This document shows, in pieces, positions 61,430-64,000 of a DNA stretch of 64,000 nucleotides; positions within the stretch are counted from its first letter, which is position 1, and each line of letters opens with the position of its first letter. Origin of the DNA: Puccinia triticina (Eukaryota); assembly GCA_026914245.1 (NCBI GenBank), contig CP110439.1, positions 3,596,001 to 3,660,000 of the forward strand, given 5' to 3'. Below the pieces are notes generated by a model that saw nothing but the letters and a program-made list of their open reading frames with translations, was not told the DNA's origin and did no database searches. Both the position numbers and the translations under genes were made by a program.

Positions 61430-64000
61430 TCATTTGGAGAGGGTGGCTGGGGGGTCGTTGGCGTTGTGTAAATCAGCATTGGGGCTATCAGTCCCAATGC
61501 TGCAATTATCTTCCATGTTCACATCATCATCATCTAATTCACTTTCCGGTTCAGGCACTTGTTCGTCAAAGGGTAGATGCATAGTAAATCTATGTAATTC
61601 ACTCTCATTATTCTTCAGTTCGGCTTGAAGTATTTTTAAGCCGTCCAAATACGTGTCTACCTGCAATTTGACCTTACATGTCAATATTTCAACAGGGTTT
61701 GAGTTTAAGATGTCCTTGGAGGTGGCCATTTGGTTGAACGTTTCTAGGGTACACAATGTGAGCACAATCTTGTGGCTCTGTTGAATATGCTTGGCCCCAC
61801 TATCAATCCGCAAAGAGTCAAACATTGACTTCAGCTATGTTCGTTGAAACAGATCCTAGATTAGTCAGACAAAATGACTCATTGTAGCTTATATGGGATA
61901 TGTGTATGGGGTACACACCAATGGGATGTTTGATGATATCAATGTTTTTAACCGCTCGATTTGGGTGCCTGCGCCACCACAGGTGTAGATGAATAGTTGT
62001 GAGATTCTAGAAGGAAATCCTTGGCAACAAAGTGGTCTTCCCGTCCGCGAGGTGATACCAGTAAGGTTTGCCGAATCAATTTGGCCATTCAGGGAGGCAA
62101 AATCACTGTGACTAGCAATATGAGTTTGGGGAGATATGCCGAGTAGTGTGTAAGACCTGGAAGCGATTGGGTCATCAATGACCACATCTTCCATATGTTG
62201 ATCAGGCGGCCAACATCTCCGGCTTTCATTGATCGTCTCGCCTCAATCACGGTGGAGAAGTCTCGCATCCGATTTAGGAGGTTGAATAGCTGGGGGGATG
62301 ATTTTGCCCGGCGGCGTGCGTCATGCGTACAAAAACGAAGATAACATTGTTCGACCACTTCGTTCCATTTGGCGGTGGGAATCACAGACAGTTCTTCATT
62401 GATCACTTCGTCGTGCTTACCCATGACCTCCCTGTCCAAAATAAACTGAGCACCAGGAAGACCCAACGTTAAATGCACAGAAATAATGACTAACCTAAGA
62501 CAGTACCAAATAGTGGCTTCGTGAACTTGCTCCATGTAGTTGAGCATCTTTGTAAAATCCTTCTTTTGGATCACTTTCTCAGGGGGAATCCCCAGAGCCT
62601 CAAGATAATGCCACACGCCCAAGTCGTCCATGGCATTTGAGTTGCCAAAATGATGAGTAAGGATTGTGTGAGCTATATTCCATAACGTATGAGCAGCACC
62701 CAGCGACATTGAAATGTTGTTCAGGCTATGTTCACAGTGCTCACTTGGGATACGAAGCATCCTGATTGCGTTGAATATTTGACATGTCCCAAGGTCGGCG
62801 TCCATGAGTTGCAATCGACCAAAGAACTCTTTGGGTTCAAGGCCAGATTGTCGTTGGAGGGCCTCCATAACTTGTCCAATCCCTTTGGCTGAGTTATTGG
62901 ATTCGTCCATGAGTCTCAGCATTTGTATGTTGGGATTTTTAGGGCTGATTGGCTCGATAGATGGGGGGTTTAAAGGTAGCATAGACCTTTTGTCAGACGG
63001 GGTTGCCACATACTTATGCATAACCTGAGCAATTTGGCTTTTCCACACATGCGTGTAGTCGTCAGCTGGGGAAGATGTTGGCAGAAACATCTGGGGGTTG
63101 ATATCCAAGGAGGCGACGTTTTGGAGTGCGTGATGAAATGTGTCTAGGGTGAGTTTGTCAGGGTTCAGAGACTTTAAGAGATCATCATCGGGGATGTGGA
63201 GGTACCCCCATGTCCCATGGAATGTACGGGTTTGCTTTCCAACACTTGCAATTTGGATCCGTTCTTCCATGTCCAAGTTGTCAATACACAAGATGGGAGC
63301 CAAACTGTTGGATAAGGCCATTGAATTTTCTACCCAATCCATTGCCTTGCTAGAAAGTGATTTTAATGCTTCAATGGCCGTTTTTCGGTGGGATGTCAAT
63401 CCCATGTAGTGTAAGTACTCGTTGACTGTCTCCGATACACCACATGCATAGAACCAAATACAATTCTCGAGTTGGAGGCCATTATAGCGCCGATTGAGGG
63501 TAAACTTCACCATAGAACAGATGACCGAGGCAATCTGATTTGATTACTCGTGAGTAAACTGGATTCATCACAAGATTCTAACGATGACGGGCAACAGACA
63601 AGAGTGCTTACATGACTATGTTGTAGCTCTTTCCCTTGTGGACTTGTATTGGGTGGCAAGTACTCAAATCCACTATACTCTGCTAACCCAGCCTCCACGA
63701 AATCCTGATTTGAAGTCTTGTCAGCTGGAGCTACAATGTCTTGAGTCTCTTTTTCTGTAGTCTTATTAGATGTGTTGTCTGGAGTCTTCTTAGTTGCGCT
63801 GGCTGGAGTCTTTTTAGTCGCGTTGTCTGTGGTCTTTGCAGTCGCAATGCCTGTGGTCTTTTCTTTGCAAATCTTCTTTTTAGGAGGAGGCCCGGGTTTG
63901 TTAGCAGGCTTGCCATTCTTATCTTCTTGGTCGGGTGACAAAATGCCTTGGATGATGTTGTAGAGCATAGGGGTGTCGACCGTTGTCAATTTTTGCATTT
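61430..64000 (-). pseudogene. Academ-type transposase (DUF6589-like), spliced, with a TGA at 62091-62089 and a frameshift near 61995
   Basis: LCIDNLD, FHGTWGY, DADLGT, GAAHTLWN, MKAGDVGRL, LTHYSAYL, HFVAKDFLLE; introns ~63613-63535 and 62494-62432. Confidence 0.8.

Larger units (their letters stand above)
58530..64000. mobile_element. AcademH-type DNA transposon (RecQ-like helicase + convergent transposase), right end beyond window
   Basis: Gene pair matches the AcademH organisation described from Puccinia. Left terminus CGAGCTTAACCCAGCCTCTC is shared with the 9-bp-TSD elements and interrupts the dispersed repeat at 58529. Confidence 0.85.

Overview
This is a eukaryotic, intron-containing, transposon-saturated window. 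The TE families, intron style and gene content point to a rust fungus (Pucciniales, Puccinia-like); that assignment is inferred, not proven. Only two clearly intact host genes are present: a Trm140/METTL2-type tRNA m3C methyltransferase (22847-24671) and a short-chain dehydrogenase/reductase (25611-27350). There is also a P-loop NTPase + putative PD-(D/E)XK nuclease gene (28707-31448, Crinkler-like architecture) and a decayed fasciclin fragment. The rest is nested mobile DNA: a Ty3/Gypsy element inserted in the primer-binding site of an intact-ORF Copia; a second complete Copia with TG..TA LTRs; an Ac-like hAT; an AcademH-type element (RecQ-like helicase + convergent transposase); and many non-autonomous elements whose TIRs and TSDs can be read directly. 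Highlights: (1) five to six non-autonomous elements with 9-bp TSDs share termini with the AcademH element and carry branched GC-rich hairpins just inside their ends; (2) a 2.5-kb palindrome shows the signature of a template-switch inverted duplication at a foldback MITE; (3) a 600-bp insertion has a 5-bp direct repeat but no TIR, LTR termini or tail; (4) all seven in-frame premature stops found are TGA, consistent with CpG hypermutation. All coordinates were read by eye; ends given without a TSD are approximate.
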